The notes under the pieces were generated by a model that saw nothing but the letters and a program-made list of their open reading frames with translations, was not told where the DNA came from and did no database searches. DNA of 64,000 bases from Strigamia acuminata (taxonomy: Eukaryota): NCBI GenBank assembly GCA_949358305.1, contig OX442314.1, positions 18,476,001-18,540,000 on the forward strand, in the 5' to 3' direction. Below, piece by piece: positions 37,787 through 53,000 of this stretch; within the stretch, counting starts at the first letter, position 1; each line of letters starts with the position of its first letter. The position numbers were made by a program, and so were the translations under genes.

Positions 37787-38289
37787 AAAATAATAGCTTT
37801 CTAAAAGATAAATAAAAAAGATAAAAAATATTTGTAATAAAAATAGTTTGAGCCACGTGCTGTAAAAGAAGCAATTCGTCCATTCTTAAAACACTGACGT
37901 CACGGGTATCACGACCTAAGAAATTATATACGAATTGGGTTAAAAAATTGAAGTTAAGAATAAAACTTCGTGACTATTTTATCTTGGAAAAAATATCCCC
38001 TATCGGGTGAAGAATGTGTCTTTTATTCACTGTTTACCAATGTTTATACTTTATGTAATCAGTAATCACAAACATTAAAATCAAGTTATGTGCTTCACGT
38101 GCTCGCGAAGTAAACAAATGTTTTGGGAAATATTTTTCGACTGAATTCAAATTGACGATCATCGGTTTCGGTTGATTATTGTTCGCGGTTTTAATTCCGG
38201 ATTAATGTTAATCCACCTGTTGTTTTCACAAAGTTTTCATTGAATATTCACAAATATTTTTGAAAAGGATTAAAAACAAAAAGTTGCTC

Positions 38290-38570
38290 GATTTACTTAC
38301 TAATTTAGTCACGTGATGTGCCGTTGCAAGTTCAAAAACTCTTCGGTTGAAGTTGATCAAAGTTGAAAACACCCTCTTGAAATTATCAACTCATGGTAAT
38401 CCGCCATATTGACACAATAAAAATGCGGCTAACAGCTTATAGTTCTCGTTTGATCTCGCGTTTGATTGGGTTATTTGCAGAAAAAGCGACCTCTTCCGTG
38501 ATCATGATGGATTTTGATGAGACTAACTGACAAGACACTATCTAAGGCCGTGGCGCCAGCTAGTGTGAGA
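38290..38570 (-). promoter_or_regulatory. Probable promoter/5' end region of the ARHGEF10-like gene
   Basis: Locally CpG-richer. YY1-like CCGCCATATTG at 38401, ATTGG/CCAAT near 38465, E-box CACGTG at 38310 and a minus-strand donor-like gtaagtaa near 38295. Confidence 0.35.
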
Positions 38571-39416
38571 TTTTCAATCCAAACTAAAATATTTCGTTAA
38601 TTTGAATACAAAAAATAAAATAAAAACTTTAAAAATTGAGATAAATTTCCTTGTTTTTTTTTGCAACAAAATTTTATCGTTTCATTACTTATCAAACTCT
38701 TGACAACTTACCACAAATCTGCTTAAAATTTGATCATGATTGATCACATTCATAAATCAAAAGATTTAGACAAAACTGTTGGTGTCAAACAAAACTCCAT
38801 TTGTATCTTAATTTCGGCTCAGATGAAGGATAAAACAAATCGGGAGTAGCATTTAGAAATTACGACCTATATTTCTTTGCATATTTCTTTGATGAGAATT
38901 TATTTTCATGCAACACAATTTTTCGAGATTATATTTTTATTTCTCCCATTCTCCGCTTTACTCAAATAACCAACGCATGGAGACTTTTTATATCTTCCCA
39001 CACGGCTAAGACGTCTTAAGAGTCGCACAGCTATGATCAAATCAAATTCACACACCCTGATGATAAATCGTTTTTATGTTTCCATAAAATATTTTTATTT
39101 TCAAAACCGGTTAGTATTAACTTCTAGAATTATTAGAAGTTATTTGAAAAAAATATTTATTACATATAAAATATAAACACATGTGCACCCACTCAAACTC
39201 TCCGTCGGGGTCAGAAATGACCCATCACAGCTGTTCATCAAAAGTTACATATATACAACAAATCATAATAGCAAAGAAAACGGATCTTAATAACGGTTTA
39301 CGGTTCAAAATTCAAATCAAGAAAAATAATTAAATAATGTCATCGGCCTTTTTTTTATCATAGAAAGTATATTTACTCGGTGTCTAAGTTCCTCGTTTTT
39401 CATTCCGACATTGAGA

Positions 39417-39687
39417 TGTAGTGTCGTGAGTAATGGATGGACATCGCGTGGTTAGGGAAGAACCACAGAATGGTGGATGCACACACACGATAAGAAAGAC
39501 TTCAAGACACCCAGGATTTAAGTTTTATGTCCTAAAGTGCATTTACCAATGCATGAGCTGTGTAGCAACAGCCCAACCTAATACCAACCACTGACCACGA
39601 GACCGCACGAGCACGATCGGTTTGCTCCGTGCAGTTACGCACGACCCTCTGGACCGTTCAGGTCCCGAAGGTCGACAGACGGTAACA
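39417..39687. other. GC-rich multi-hairpin island: solo LTR or structured ncRNA
   Basis: TGT...ACA termini, at least six local stem-loops and TATATA at 39695-39700. No target-site duplication is visible. Confidence 0.4.
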
Positions 39688-41086
39688 ATGCTGCTATATA
39701 TCGTGGAGAATGTGGGCTGCAGTGTTGATATAAACTTATAAAGGACCACTTAAGTGTTCTTGAAACGGCGTATATGTTCCCATTAAGTTGGCTTACTGTC
39801 CCCCCATTTTTTCATAACTTTCTAGAGATAAATCTTACAGTATATTTTCTAAAACATATTACTCCGTAATTTATTTATATGATAGAAAGTTTTGAGAAAG
39901 AATAAACTTCAAACTAATGCATCCATATCTATTTTACATGCACAACAAACTTTTATTTTTTTTTAGAGCCACTTTCCTATCATTTACCCTTTAGCATTAT
40001 CCTTGCAAAATTCATATCAGATATCACTTATCGGAAAATTTCATTTCAAAGATTTCTAGTCAAATCAATAAATATAAAATGGCAGAATGCCAAAAAACTA
40101 TGCACCTAACTAACATATACCGTAACCAATTGCCAAAGTAACAAAAAAAAACAGTAAAAGAACCTTAGTACTAAGCTTATAACAATTACGGAGTAATTTA
40201 TTTCTTTATTTACTCATTGTTTTTTTTCCCGTTTGAAAATGACTGAAATTAATGGCTTACACTAAATCTGCGTGTTTATACTAAAATGCAATTAATTAGT
40301 TACATTCAAATATGGTATTTCAATTAATCCTTGAGGCCTCACACTTTTTCTACTGGCTGAAATAAACCATCACTTTCCAACACGATAATTCGGCTTAAAA
40401 TTGATGACATGTAAAACGCACTCAGTGTTGCGTAGACACTCAATTTGATGTTTATGACACACCAAACACACCATAAATTTCCTTCTGTCACAAACCAATT
40501 CCTATGATTTAAGATGGTGCATGTCGACTGCCACACGCACCAGGACCAGGCAATTCCTCAGCTTTCCTTTTTATTTATTTAAATACATACCAAAACTTTA
40601 GACTTGAATCTATTGTTTTATTTTAACTTTAAATTGGGATGAGGGAGAAAGGACATTTTCTTTAGTTTATTTCTTTTCAACATCATGAAATATGCATTAT
40701 CACTTCCTTTTTTTTGTTATTACAGAACGGTAACGCCAGATACATCTTTTTTAACAAGACTACATTTTTCATTTTGTTAGAGCACTTTCAAAATCTACAT
40801 CATAAACGAAGCAATTTTTCATGCTTTTTTTTGTTTCCTTTTTTTAAAATTCTCGGCTGAATATAAGCCTAGAGAACAATCTTAGCAAAATCAATTTTGT
40901 AAACTTTAATTAGCCCTTTACCTATCCGCTTTAATCACTTAATAGAAATTGTACACATTTGATTTAGCATCTTGTTAGCACTAACATTATTAAACATAAA
41001 ATTCGATAACAAATTTTCTTCTATCTAATCTTGACTGAGTATGTATAAATGGCCTATGAGCAAATCGATCACTTACTTAAAAATGA

Positions 41087-44000
41087 TTATAGCTGTACAT
41101 CTTCTGGCTGGGGCAAGTTTTTACTATTAAGTGTCTGTGTACTGCTACTGCTGCAACTTGTCACGTTGGTAATAACGTCGTTACTCATGGTCTGAGTGGC
41201 ACTAGTCGACCGACTAATCTGGCTGCTAAATGAGCCTGCTGAGCGAAGTTTCTCTTGCATTTCGAAATCTACAATCAGACATGTGTAAAACCGCTTAATT
41301 CTTAATAAAAATCAATTATGGAAAAAATAGTAATGAAAATGTAAATTCAACGTTGCTTTTCAAATTATTTAAAGCGCTTTATATTCCTGGATAATCGATT
41401 GAAATAGATGGATCAAACCCAAATAAAAACACGAATCGGTGAGAATTTTCTTTTTGATTGCGATTATTAAATGAAATGCAATCAGAAAAACGAAATTATT
41501 TCTCGCTCTCTACGAAATTCAACGTATATAAACGGGAAAAACTTACAGTTTATTTTGCTGTAGGCTAATTAAACTGTTCCCACTTTCATTCAAACAAATG
41601 AGATGCAATCGATTAAAACGAGAATAAACACCAGAGGTACTCGTCTCTCTCCTTATTCCAATATTTAATCCACCACCACCAGATGAGATAAGTGTACGGC
41701 ACGCCTTCGAGAGCGCAATAATTTATTGTGTAATTGACCAATAAATCATTCGTTTAGCCAAAAAAATTGACAAAAACAACCGTAATGACTGGAAACGTGG
41801 TTAAACGAAGTGACAACGTTCCAGAACACACATAATTGGCTAAACAAGCAAGCAGCAAAGTACTTGGTATCGTGCTCACCAAAGGCCATCCTCAAACGAT
41901 CATGTAATCAATACTTTTGAGTTTTGACCACATCTGAACATCCTGACAGATTAAATACAATGAGAATGACTTACCGTCAGATTGAGTTGCAGAATCGACG
42001 CGATGCGAAGAACTAGACAAGGATGAGTTTTTGGTGGCATATTTCTGTTGCATCATCGGTTGACGTACGTTCCTCTCCGGATGTAATATAATAATGTAAA
42101 GTTTCGGAGTGAAGAGGCACGCTAAAGACACGGTGGCACTTAAACTGATCGACACAGACAAAGTAATAATTCTCAGAGGGACGTTGTGGGCAGTGCTGAA
42201 ATAGATTGGTACAAACGCCAACCAGATGATGCATGTTGTGTACATTGTAAAACCGATATGTTTCGATTCGTTGAAAGCTTCCGGGATTTTACGAGTGAGA
42301 ACCGCGTAGACGGTACACACAATTATCAAAATGATGGGATAGGTGAAGGCAATCATGTAGGAAGCGTTAACTGCAGTGGCACAAACTAATTGGTTCGCTT
42401 CTCGATGGGGGTGATGATGAATGGCCTTGGGCGGACAGACAAAAAGCCATGCACAGTTCACTCCGATTTGAATGCCAACCAGACCCGAACAGATGACTAA
42501 TTGTGACCTAGGACTGATGAAACTTGGTCTCCTGGCAGTTCTTCGGCTGGATTTGACAATGCGCAAAATTCGATTAGTCTTTGTGAGCAGCGCGCTGTAG
42601 ACGACAGCGAAACAGAAACCCATACCAAATTTCTGCACTCCGCACACAAAATCAGTTGGTCGCAATACCAAGACAAAGGTCATCGCGTAACAAAGGAAAA
42701 TACCACTTAGAAGAACATAACTCAATTCGCGTCCACATGCTTTGACGACTGGCGTTGAGTTATGACGGATGAATATCGTAAAAATCCATAAAGTGAGCAA
42801 GATTCCTAAAGTAGAAAAGCACATTGCACCAATAGCGATTTCACTGGTCGGTCGAAGGTACGCTTCCGGAATGTCTAAGCAACGGAGGTGATCGTAATCA
42901 GGTAAAGTGCCCAGTGGACAGTCCTGGCACCGCACTTCAGATTGAAGAATCTGCAATTAGATTTAAAAAAAACAATCAATGAATTAGCACAAAATAAATC
43001 AATCGACGCATAATTTGAACAATTTCGACAAATCATTTCAAATTTTCTTTTTGAAATATGTTTTTAATTTTCTAGAAAATAATTAACGCGCACAATCGAA
43101 ATAAAAGCTGGGTGTAATTAAAATTGACGACCAACTTCAAGTATTAAGACAAATCTTTAATTTGCACGAAGACACACAATGCCATACACGAATATTAATG
43201 AAAAATGAAAATTAAACCAAAAAAAATCTCCATTTCTATCTACTATAATTACACAAGCACGTGCAATTTTTAATTTTTTTTTTTAAAAAAAAAATGCAAA
43301 ATGTAAATAATTATCTTGTCACACTTCATTCCAAACAAACTGTCAAAACTGTTTCAAATTTCCCAACTGCTGCCGAATCACAAATTTAAAATCAATACTC
43401 TTATTATACATGCAAACACTACCTGATATTGTGAGCAGTTGAAACAATGCCAACAACAAATCTCTCCTTCCACATATTTCTTTGCCTGTCCCTTCAAACA
43501 AGGCAAACTGCATACGGATTGAGGCACGCCAGGTTCGTTCAAGTTAAACTGAATTGCAGACATATTAAGTAATAGCTGACCGTCATTGTATTCCCCAACG
43601 CGCACCCACTGAAATATCGAGGGGCTTATCTGCTTAAAATGAAGGATATTGTATCTTGCAGGCCCGTCTCCATGCTCTGTAAAATGAAATTCATCCCCGG
43701 ATAAACCTGTAAAAAATAAAAACTCATTAAATATTTACTTCCATTTCAAGTTTCCACTTTAAATCTGCCTACCGGTGAAGTTTACACCTCGCACATAGTT
43801 GTTTAGCTGACTCCCATCGATTTGCCTCATCTTCTCGCAAAGTTCTGGAACTTTGCCACATAATTCTTCATGTAAACGTCTGAACAAGATTACCAATATC
43901 AATTACCTGCGACCTCAAATCCCTTCATTTTGTTTTAAAAATAGAAGAAAAAAGAAGAAAAAACAACAAACTGCGCCACGGAAATGATTATTGCGCTAAA

Positions 44001-47000
44001 AATAATACCTAACTACCGGTAACTTAATTCTATGCAATTTAATTGAAAAACAATTTTGAAGATTATTTTTTCATCTAAATTCATTCCCACGAGTTTTATA
44101 AAATATCATGTACCGTCATTTATATAAAAAAATAAAAATCAATTATTGTTTCGGTTCATAAAAAATAAAATACCAATTAAAATTATTCTTTGTGCTGATA
44201 AAATCCTATTACAATTCGCCGCGCCATGCAGAATTGCAATTGCAGAATCTTCCCCTTTTAACTTTTCCAAATATTAAATTTCAACTCAAAATATGATAAT
44301 TGCTTTGATCCCAAGATTGCGCTCAAGCGCCCACTCATGTCTGACTCTCGAAGAATGAAATGTTTATTCCCGCAGCGTTACTCTGACCCAACCTTACTGT
44401 CAACATGAATTATTTCCTCGTACTTAAGATAATAATTAATTACAGTACAAGTTGCACATGTGGGCCGTAATTCCCTGACAAACACTTAGAGCAGAGTTGA
44501 CTACGTTAACTTCGTGCACTACAGCGATATTTAAAATAAAAAATAAAAATAAAAAAATAAAAATCTTACTTGAACGCATGAGCAAACACCATGACTGCAT
44601 CACTGACAAACTGCAGCTGTCCCTCAGCATGATAACCATTCTCGTAAGTCATAACTTCGTCACCAGTACAGTTTTCGGTGTATTCCTGATTGTACGGAGT
44701 GACTGCACTATTGGGATACTTACAACGGAAATAATCCTCCCAATATTCCACAAACCAAGGATTTCGTTTGTTGGTTTTGACAGACAAACCCAAAAAATAC
44801 TCGTCGAATCCGTCAACGGGATTTGCCCGCGGTTGAAGTGATAAAGTACCTTCGACCTCTCTTTCGTTTCCATCTGACACCAGCGTCCTTGCACTCCACC
44901 CGTCACTTCCGATCCACGAGAACCTTCCAGTAGCGTTGTTTCTTCTTACAGCTCTCATTACGCCAGCAACCTCTTGATCCGATCCAAAAATAATCACTCC
45001 TTTCGCCCTCGATTTCGATAAAAGTTTTTGCACAATGGCGTCGTAAGCGCCTTCACCCGCCACACCGGAATCTTTGACCAGTCTTTCCTTAACGGCAATG
45101 CAAATATTATGCTGCGACAATTGATCTTCGAGAACTTCAAAAGCCTATAATCCACTCAATCAATTGCGAAAATTCCTGTCTTTTGTAGAAAATCCTACCT
45201 TAATTCCATAGTTCGACTCTTCAAAAATGATTGATATGTAAGTCCAATTCATCATCTTCACTATCTCCAACATGGCGCTCACTTGATATGTATCCGATGG
45301 GATTGTCCTACTGAAGTACTCAAATCTATCTTTATTGCTCAATTCCGGACTAGTGGAAAAAAAACTGACCTGGAAATACATAATAAATGTAACGATGAAA
45401 AAGCAATCGCAGCGCCTTTTTTTACGCTGCTTTTCGAATAAAAACACTCAACAAATCAATAATTATCTGCACACCCAAACTGGCTGTAAACCGCAATTGG
45501 AACCGACACCTGTCAATCGATTCTTAGATATATTTGGAAATGTATGCACAAAGACGTTTCCCCTCTTTTTCTCCGTACCATACAGGAAAATCGACTCTAT
45601 TTTCGTTCATGCAGAGCTCCTTATCATATACTGCAGGCAAGTTGACATTCAGGTGGGGCTTTTGACCGTCACAAAGAATTCCAGTTGTGGCTTTATCAGC
45701 GTTCAGGTGTTGAAACAACAAAGGTGGACGGAATAAAAAGATATTAGAAAACGTTTTCGGACTCCTTAATAAAGAAAAGCAACCAACTAAATCATAATAT
45801 TTACACGGGTGATATTTTTTTCAACACTCACAGGCTAAATGCAGATAGAATATTAATGCAAAGCAATTAAGCTACTTTTTTGTGGCGTTTCTCATGAATA
45901 AACTAAAGGTTTAATAAGAAAATAAATCAATTTTTCAGCAATTTTTTTTTTACTCTCACCATTTTCTGATGAAATTTTTAAAAATTGATTTATGCAATTA
46001 TCCAATCAATTTTGTATTGCTTAATTTTTTGTGCATAAATTTTTAAATTTACCCTGGCGGTCTTAATGGAGCGAGCCAAGGGTTGTGATAAAATAATGCC
46101 TCACCCGTCTCTTTTCTTTTCGTGTTGACTCAATGTTCTCCTTGTGTTGGTGGCTTTCTGCCCGACTTGATTCCAAAATCAACATCCAACAACATTCAGA
46201 ATCTCCTTCAGTAATCGATTTTTTTTTCTTTTCTCATCATGTCAAACATTTTCTAAATCTTAAAAGTTGACATGCTTGAATTTTAAATACGGGTGGATGT
46301 CAATATCAAAACAAAACGAAGCGAACAGGAAAAAAAAAACCTGTCTAGAGCTTTAAATACTTGAAAAAGATACTTAAAAAAACTTCAGTAAACCTTTTCC
46401 TAACTTATAATCCTCTTAAAGTTTACCAACAAAATATTTAGAATGAAACTCACCATCGAGACAGTGAAAAGCGGAATGGAAAAAGTTGGAAACGAAAGCA
46501 AATCTAAGTTTAAAGGTATTTAATCGTACTGTAAGTCCACAGCGCACACTATTCGTTGATTAAGAGAGATTTCTCACACGTTTTCGTCAACCGCACATAC
46601 TTGTTGAGCATTTACATTCCCACTTCAGAAAATTTTCCTCTTTTCGATGGAGAAACAACGCAATCTCTAGCATCTTAGGCATGTTTTCATTAATTCCAAC
46701 ACGGAATAAAAATGCGAGTGCACAATTTAATTAAAACCTCAAGCTGTAAAATAAATTGGAAAAAAGAAACGAACATAGCACAACTCCAATTGGTCCATTC
46801 CAATTAAACAAGACTTAATTCCATGCCAATAAAATTCAAAAATGCTCAGTTCAAAGGTCTCATTTTCAACCTAAGAAGATTAAAAAGAAAATGCAATTCA
46901 CATCAAATATTCCACAATAAAAGATGGAAACCTTTTTAAGATTACTGAATAAAAATAGAGTCCAATTCAAATAAAAATCAATACAAAATTATTTTTTTTT

Positions 47001-50000
47001 AAAAAAATAGCGAATAAAAATAAAATTAATTTTTTTTTTACTCTTTCCTGCATTTAAATTCCTGCAGCATAAATTAATTTAACTTCTTTTTTATAGTCTC
47101 TGGCTTTCACAATCATAAAAGTAAATTATAATACCTGTGGTATACTAAAGCTAATGGTTAATGACCACAAACTTTATATATAAACACATAAAAAAGAAGT
47201 CATTCGCTTTAAACAACTTGCGTTCATTGCATGAAAATGGCTTACTTGAGGTATCTTGAATAACCGGAGTAAATTGGCAACTTGTATGGAAGTAACACTG
47301 GATGCCGCCCCAATAACCCCAGAAACAACCTTCGGATGGCCAGTTGGAGAAGATCCATCTGGGCACTTGTACTCGCCATCGTCAATATTACTCAATGATC
47401 CTAAAATAAAAAAATAAAAATAAAATAAAAACAAAATCATTTTAAATCTGCATACAAAAAAAAAAAGAAAAAAGAAATTTAACGTCTCCTTCAACATTTA
47501 AAAAGAAATTACTCAAATTACTATCATTTATTCAAACGAATGAAATTAAAGTAAGAAAAACAAGTGAATTTACAGAAATGTAATCTAATATATTTTTTCC
47601 CTTTCCACTTATTTATTATACGTTGGAATGCAATTTCCTGGTTGAGAAAGTAAGAAAAATAAGAGAGGCAGAGAGTAAAATGGGGAAGAAGGAGAAAGAG
47701 GTAGAGTGGTACCTTAAGTGAGGAGGTGGGGAGAAGAAGAGAAAAAAAAGGAAGAAAGAAAGAGAGCCGAAAACCAATGGCGTTTTCTTCGATGTTGTTG
47801 TCACGAGAATTGAGAACTGAGCCCAAATCATTGTAGCAAACGGTGTCATGTCTCACATGGTAATGTCAGAGGCTTTGCATTCGTTTTTCCTTCCTTGCTG
47901 GCACCCACTTCTGACATGAATTAACTTTTGCAACTTATCACCCGAAACCACCTTTTCTTTTGACAACATTTCCATTCAATTTCACGGAAAATGTCAGACC
48001 GGAAATGTACGAGATTAAAAAACACAAAGTTAGTGCATTATTTTTTTAATTTTTAATTTTTAATTTATTAACGTTCAAACTTCTCAAATAAATGTATTAA
48101 ATTGCAAAATTATCGATAAACAAGAGAGATGTTATTTGTCTGCCAAAATTGATCAACTTTATGTAAATGATGCATAATATTAATTTAAACTTCATGATTT
48201 AGATGCGATATTAATTTTGCCTAGTTATGATATAATTGGAAATTGAATCAAGAATTTGATTCAATTATCTCAATAATGATTCTTTAAATCTCAGTTGCCC
48301 TAAAAATAGCTTACCCGCATAACAATATATTTTTATATATTTTTTTTTATCCCAGAAACTGCAAAATATCGATAAAAACAACTCTAAACCAAGAAATATG
48401 ATATTTGTTAACATTCTAAAAACAGAAAAGACTTGAGGTAGAGCCAAGACGACGAAGGCAGCCACATCCGCCCGCATGCCAAGCAAACAACACAACATAC
48501 AAAACTCAGACCTTGCTTGACCTTTTCCCCCCAAAAAAATCTCAATGGCATTAATAAACCATGCAGTGTGTGCCCACGGTTGTGATTTTTGCATTTGGGA
48601 ATCGTTGTCGGTTCATTGGAGTTGTTTTTCATGCGAGGTGTGGGTGAAGGATTGCATGCGGCAGGGGTATGATTCAGACGTCATAAGGTTATGTATGTGC
48701 GAGCCACTTTTTTGTCACTGCTATTTTTTACTTCGCTGTTTCTGTAATGACACCTAGTGGTTATAACCTCCTTGTTTGGGCTCGTATGCCGTCGTAGACT
48801 GGCTTGCTTGGCTTCCCTGCACGGCTTTGTTATTTTCGGGACGGTCTGTTACTCTGTTTGGCTTTTTTAGTGATCAAAATCTAAAAAAAAATGCTGATTG
48901 CTTTTTATCTTAAAGCAACTTTTGCATTAAAAATTCGGCCTAAGTACTTGTCAACCTTCCTTGCTGATTTTGTTGTTTTACATCTGCTGGAATTACATTT
49001 GACTGTTGCTAAGCAACGAAATCTAACTTGCTATTACTAAAGACAAAATAAATCGAAAACAAATGTATTTTTTCATTTCCTAACACATTGCTACACGAGA
49101 TATTTTAACATTATATCCCCGTAGTTATTTTTTTTTAATCTCCCGAAAAGTGTTTGCGATCCGCCTTGGCAAAGAGCGAAAAAGAGTGTCTTGTTTACCA
49201 TGGCACGCGCAGGTCTTTCCGATAAAAAATGTGGAAAATATATTTTTTAATTTCTCGTGATTTTAAAAACCTCTTCACGCAGCAGATAAAAATATACAGT
49301 AAAGCAAGACGTAGTCAGACAAATACAATTACCACAGTCTAGACTTAAAAGCATGTGCTGGTAGCCAATATAATAATATAATATAATATACTAATAACTA
49401 GTGTAATAGCAAAACGGGCCCCCATATTTCGAGGATTTGCAACAGTTTGCAATTAGTTTTGTTTTAAAAGAAGTAAAAGAATTTTATACTGCGTGATGAC
49501 CTTTATTGTGGCTGGGATTTGCTTGGTTGACATTTAACTTTAAAAGATAAAATTGTGGAAGCGGTTTTTACACGAGGATGCCTTTGCTGGAGTAATCATT
49601 AATGGCGAAATAACATTTGGTTTTGTTGGAGTTCCTTGGTTTAATCTAAATTGTTAAATTTTTGTATTATTGGAAATAAATTTTGTTTGAATTCCCTAGG
49701 TTTCCATAAATTCGATTGATAAAATTGTCTGATGTTGGCTTAGTTCTTTTCAAAAATAATATGAGAAAGTTATGATGTGGGGAAACTTGAAATTTATTAC
49801 ATGTGGCTTATTTTGAGAGTCATTGGGGCATGCTATCACGTTTTGGAATTGTTTAAACATCATTCTGAAGATTTTCTCGACAGTCGTGTTTTCATCACTA
49901 CTGCATTAACCCCATATAACCAAGGGTGTATTTGTGTATTTGTGCAATCACCACTAACAATTAATTCTATTCCACAAAATATAATGTGTTTTGATTTGAT

Positions 50001-53000
50001 GTGCAGCATGTAAGAAAAAAATGTACTCCGTATTTGTTTTGCAACTCAATTACATAAAAATATCATGCAATTCATTTCATCAGCTTGTTTGCTGGCAGTG
50101 TTTGATCACCAAACAAGCAATAAAATATTTCGTATCGTGTAAGATTTTGTGCTCGAAGGCTTTCTGTTAAAATGGCAAATCACATCTCTTGGATTGTTGC
50201 TTTCTGCAACGTTTACACTACAGTATATAAGTTTCATAAATCTGGGAAAAGATCAACATGCAGGGAGTTTGATTCTGATCCAATTCAGTCAATCATTTCG
50301 GCTTTTACATCGTAAGTTATAGTCACAACTTTTTGAAGAAAATGTTTATACACTTTACACGATGAAAATAATGAATAAAGTAAATAAATTAGGTTTTATT
50401 GCAATTCGATATTTGTAAATTGAAAAGAGTTAACTGTAATTCCAGTCATGTGTAACTGTACATTTGACACAACTTACTTGCTAAATATTATTAGATATGG
50501 TGTAAATTACAAATAACAGAATAATAAACAAAGCAAAAATGAAAATAAACTTTTATTACAGCCAACATGCTTAACGTGGGTTAATTGTCAACAAAGGCAA
50601 ATTTCATTAAAACTGACAGCCCAGTAGTAACAAAATAGTAAAAGTTAAAGCTAAATTTCATTAGAGCTAATCGTCAATTGCTGCCAAATAATAAGGAAGC
50701 ACTTGAGTAAAGTTCATATTGTCCATCTTCCCCTTTTTTTTTATTTCTTTTCTTCTAGTGCTCATTTTTCCCTTTCATAAATCATTTTTTATTAATAAAA
50801 ATTGTGTACGTGTGTATTGGAAATACTCAAACTTTGCCCTTAAAGTAAGGATGTTTACTCCCGTGTTCCATCATTGTTACCCAAACAGACAAAGAAACAT
50901 ACAACTCATAAAAAACCAAACTGCGATCTTTATGGACGGTCACAGATGACTTACGAATAGCATCTTAAAGCTCCAAATATAGTTGTTTCTATTTTATTAT
51001 TATTTATTATAAAAACATGTACAGTGCTTCTTTTAAACTAAAAAAAAAATTTGCTTAACTGCACATTCTCTCTGTTTACGGTAAGGCTATTAAAACTTGT
51101 TTCTAATTAAGATTAAGTGGATAGCGACCAGATTTGCAATTCCAAATACGGTATGCGCATTTGATGACAAATTAGTCCAGCCCCAAGTGCTCAAACGCAT
51201 TCTCTTAGCAATTTCCTAGTACACATTTGAAAACTAAATTTTCTAAGTCCCCTCCAGGCTCCATGCGAAAAGGTAGGACGTAGTTTTAATGTCTACTATT
51301 CAACATAAATAACCTCAATATTAAACTTTAGAACAATTAATTCATTACAGAAAATAAAAAATCGTTTTAAAGTTTGAAACATGAATGAAACGATAAAGCT
51401 AAAAATAAAATAGCGAACAGACACTGAGGAATAAATACATTAAACTTTCCGTTTTATTGAAGCGTTAAGTAATGAGAACAAACGAGCGTCGACCAGCTGA
51501 GATCTGATTGTATTTGATTAGAAATCATTGAATAGACACAAACACCTCATTATCAGAGGGGTCTCATTTGGGAATTAACAGATAAAAATCAATCTGATGA
51601 CCGGAACTTAATGTTCATCTCTTTCTATTCAAAACTAAAAAAATCTCATTCAAATCTTCGTGTCAAGTTTCCCCAAAAATTAAATCCTACAAGCACAGAT
51701 CTGTACGACTGTTGTCAAACAATTAACTAAAGTAATCTGTGTATTAAAGTATTAAAACACACAATGTCATGCTCTTTAAAAAATAATAACAATCAAGAAA
51801 AATCGACGCGAAAGTAAGTTCATCAGAATCGAATTTATCCGCAGTACAAATGAGCTCCGAAAGTAGAAAAAAACACGTTCTCATTTCCCAGGGGACCAGT
51901 GAGAAACACAGAAGGTGGTAATTGCAATGTGACCTTAATTCCATTTGTAAGTCCATGAATAAGAAAGAGAAAGTGAACCGATAAACGGAGATATAAATCA
52001 GCATCGATTTAAATCTGTCACGATATTTCCATAAAAAAGAAACGTGATTCAATTCTACACAACTATAGTCCGGTATAACACGATACTACGTTAATTTACA
52101 TACATACATAGGTAATACTTCTTATATAGCGATGGCTTTAAAAGTTTAATTCCGCGTGCACATAATTTGTGACGCAGCAATTTCACTCGCGGTGAACTGG
52201 ATAGAAAAATTTTTTCTGCCGAGAAAGTTTTGCGATTATAGCAGCCTCTATGTAAATGAACACATAGCCCTGAGTGACAAGTAATTGCTTGATTAATTCT
52301 TTACTTGATCGCATGAACGTGTGTGAGTAAGTGGCTCACACATTTAACCAAATTTACAGAAAATTGATTTTATTTACGTGCCTCGATTTTAAATCAAATA
52401 CTTCAATCAATTTAGACTTACCAGGGCAGTATCGAGGCTCCATCTTTAATTTATTTCATCAAATTTCATTTGCATAGCGTCACATAAGGAGCTTGGCATG
52501 ACAGAACCTTCAATTACCTTCCGCACTCTTATCAACAAGGATTTTCAAACCATCTTACGTTTATCTGGCCAGCTAACTTTTTAATTAAACTTTGAAGTTA
52601 ATCTTTAATAATTCCGCACGTCTATGTATTGACCTATTCTTATCGTGCATAAAAAATCCATTCAAATCAACAAACAAATTGAACTTTCTAATTCAATTTT
52701 CGTAAACAAACACATTTTCTCTTCTTTGAAACCCAATCCCCACCAGCTAATGCCAAAAGTAAATAATAAAAATGAATACTTACGGTATGCTAATATGCTC
52801 ATTAGTTTTTACATTTCTAGAAAAATAATTAATCCTATTAAAGGTTAATTACTATGTGAATACGACACAACAAATTATTTTTTCCAATCTTCTTTTCCCC
52901 TTTCACTCAGATGGCGCATGAAATCTAATGCGACAGAAATGATATCTTTTTTGCACGGATCTGTTCAGAGATGTGTCTACTTTCATTCCCAGTTATTCAG

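Noticed and set aside
36583..37793. Plus-strand ORFs of 65-173 aa
   Set aside because: Antisense shadows of the long acidic ARHGEF10 exon.
39445..39465. CCCTAACC on the minus strand as a telomerase RNA template
   Set aside because: The AACC is paired in a GTGGTT/AACCAC stem, no downstream pseudoknot is evident, and an 8-mer is expected by chance.
48430..48830. GC-richer intronic block with short complementary words (GCCAAGCAA/TTGCTTGGC)
   Set aside because: The complementary segments are not nested colinearly, so no convincing long stem forms. The ORFs look non-coding.
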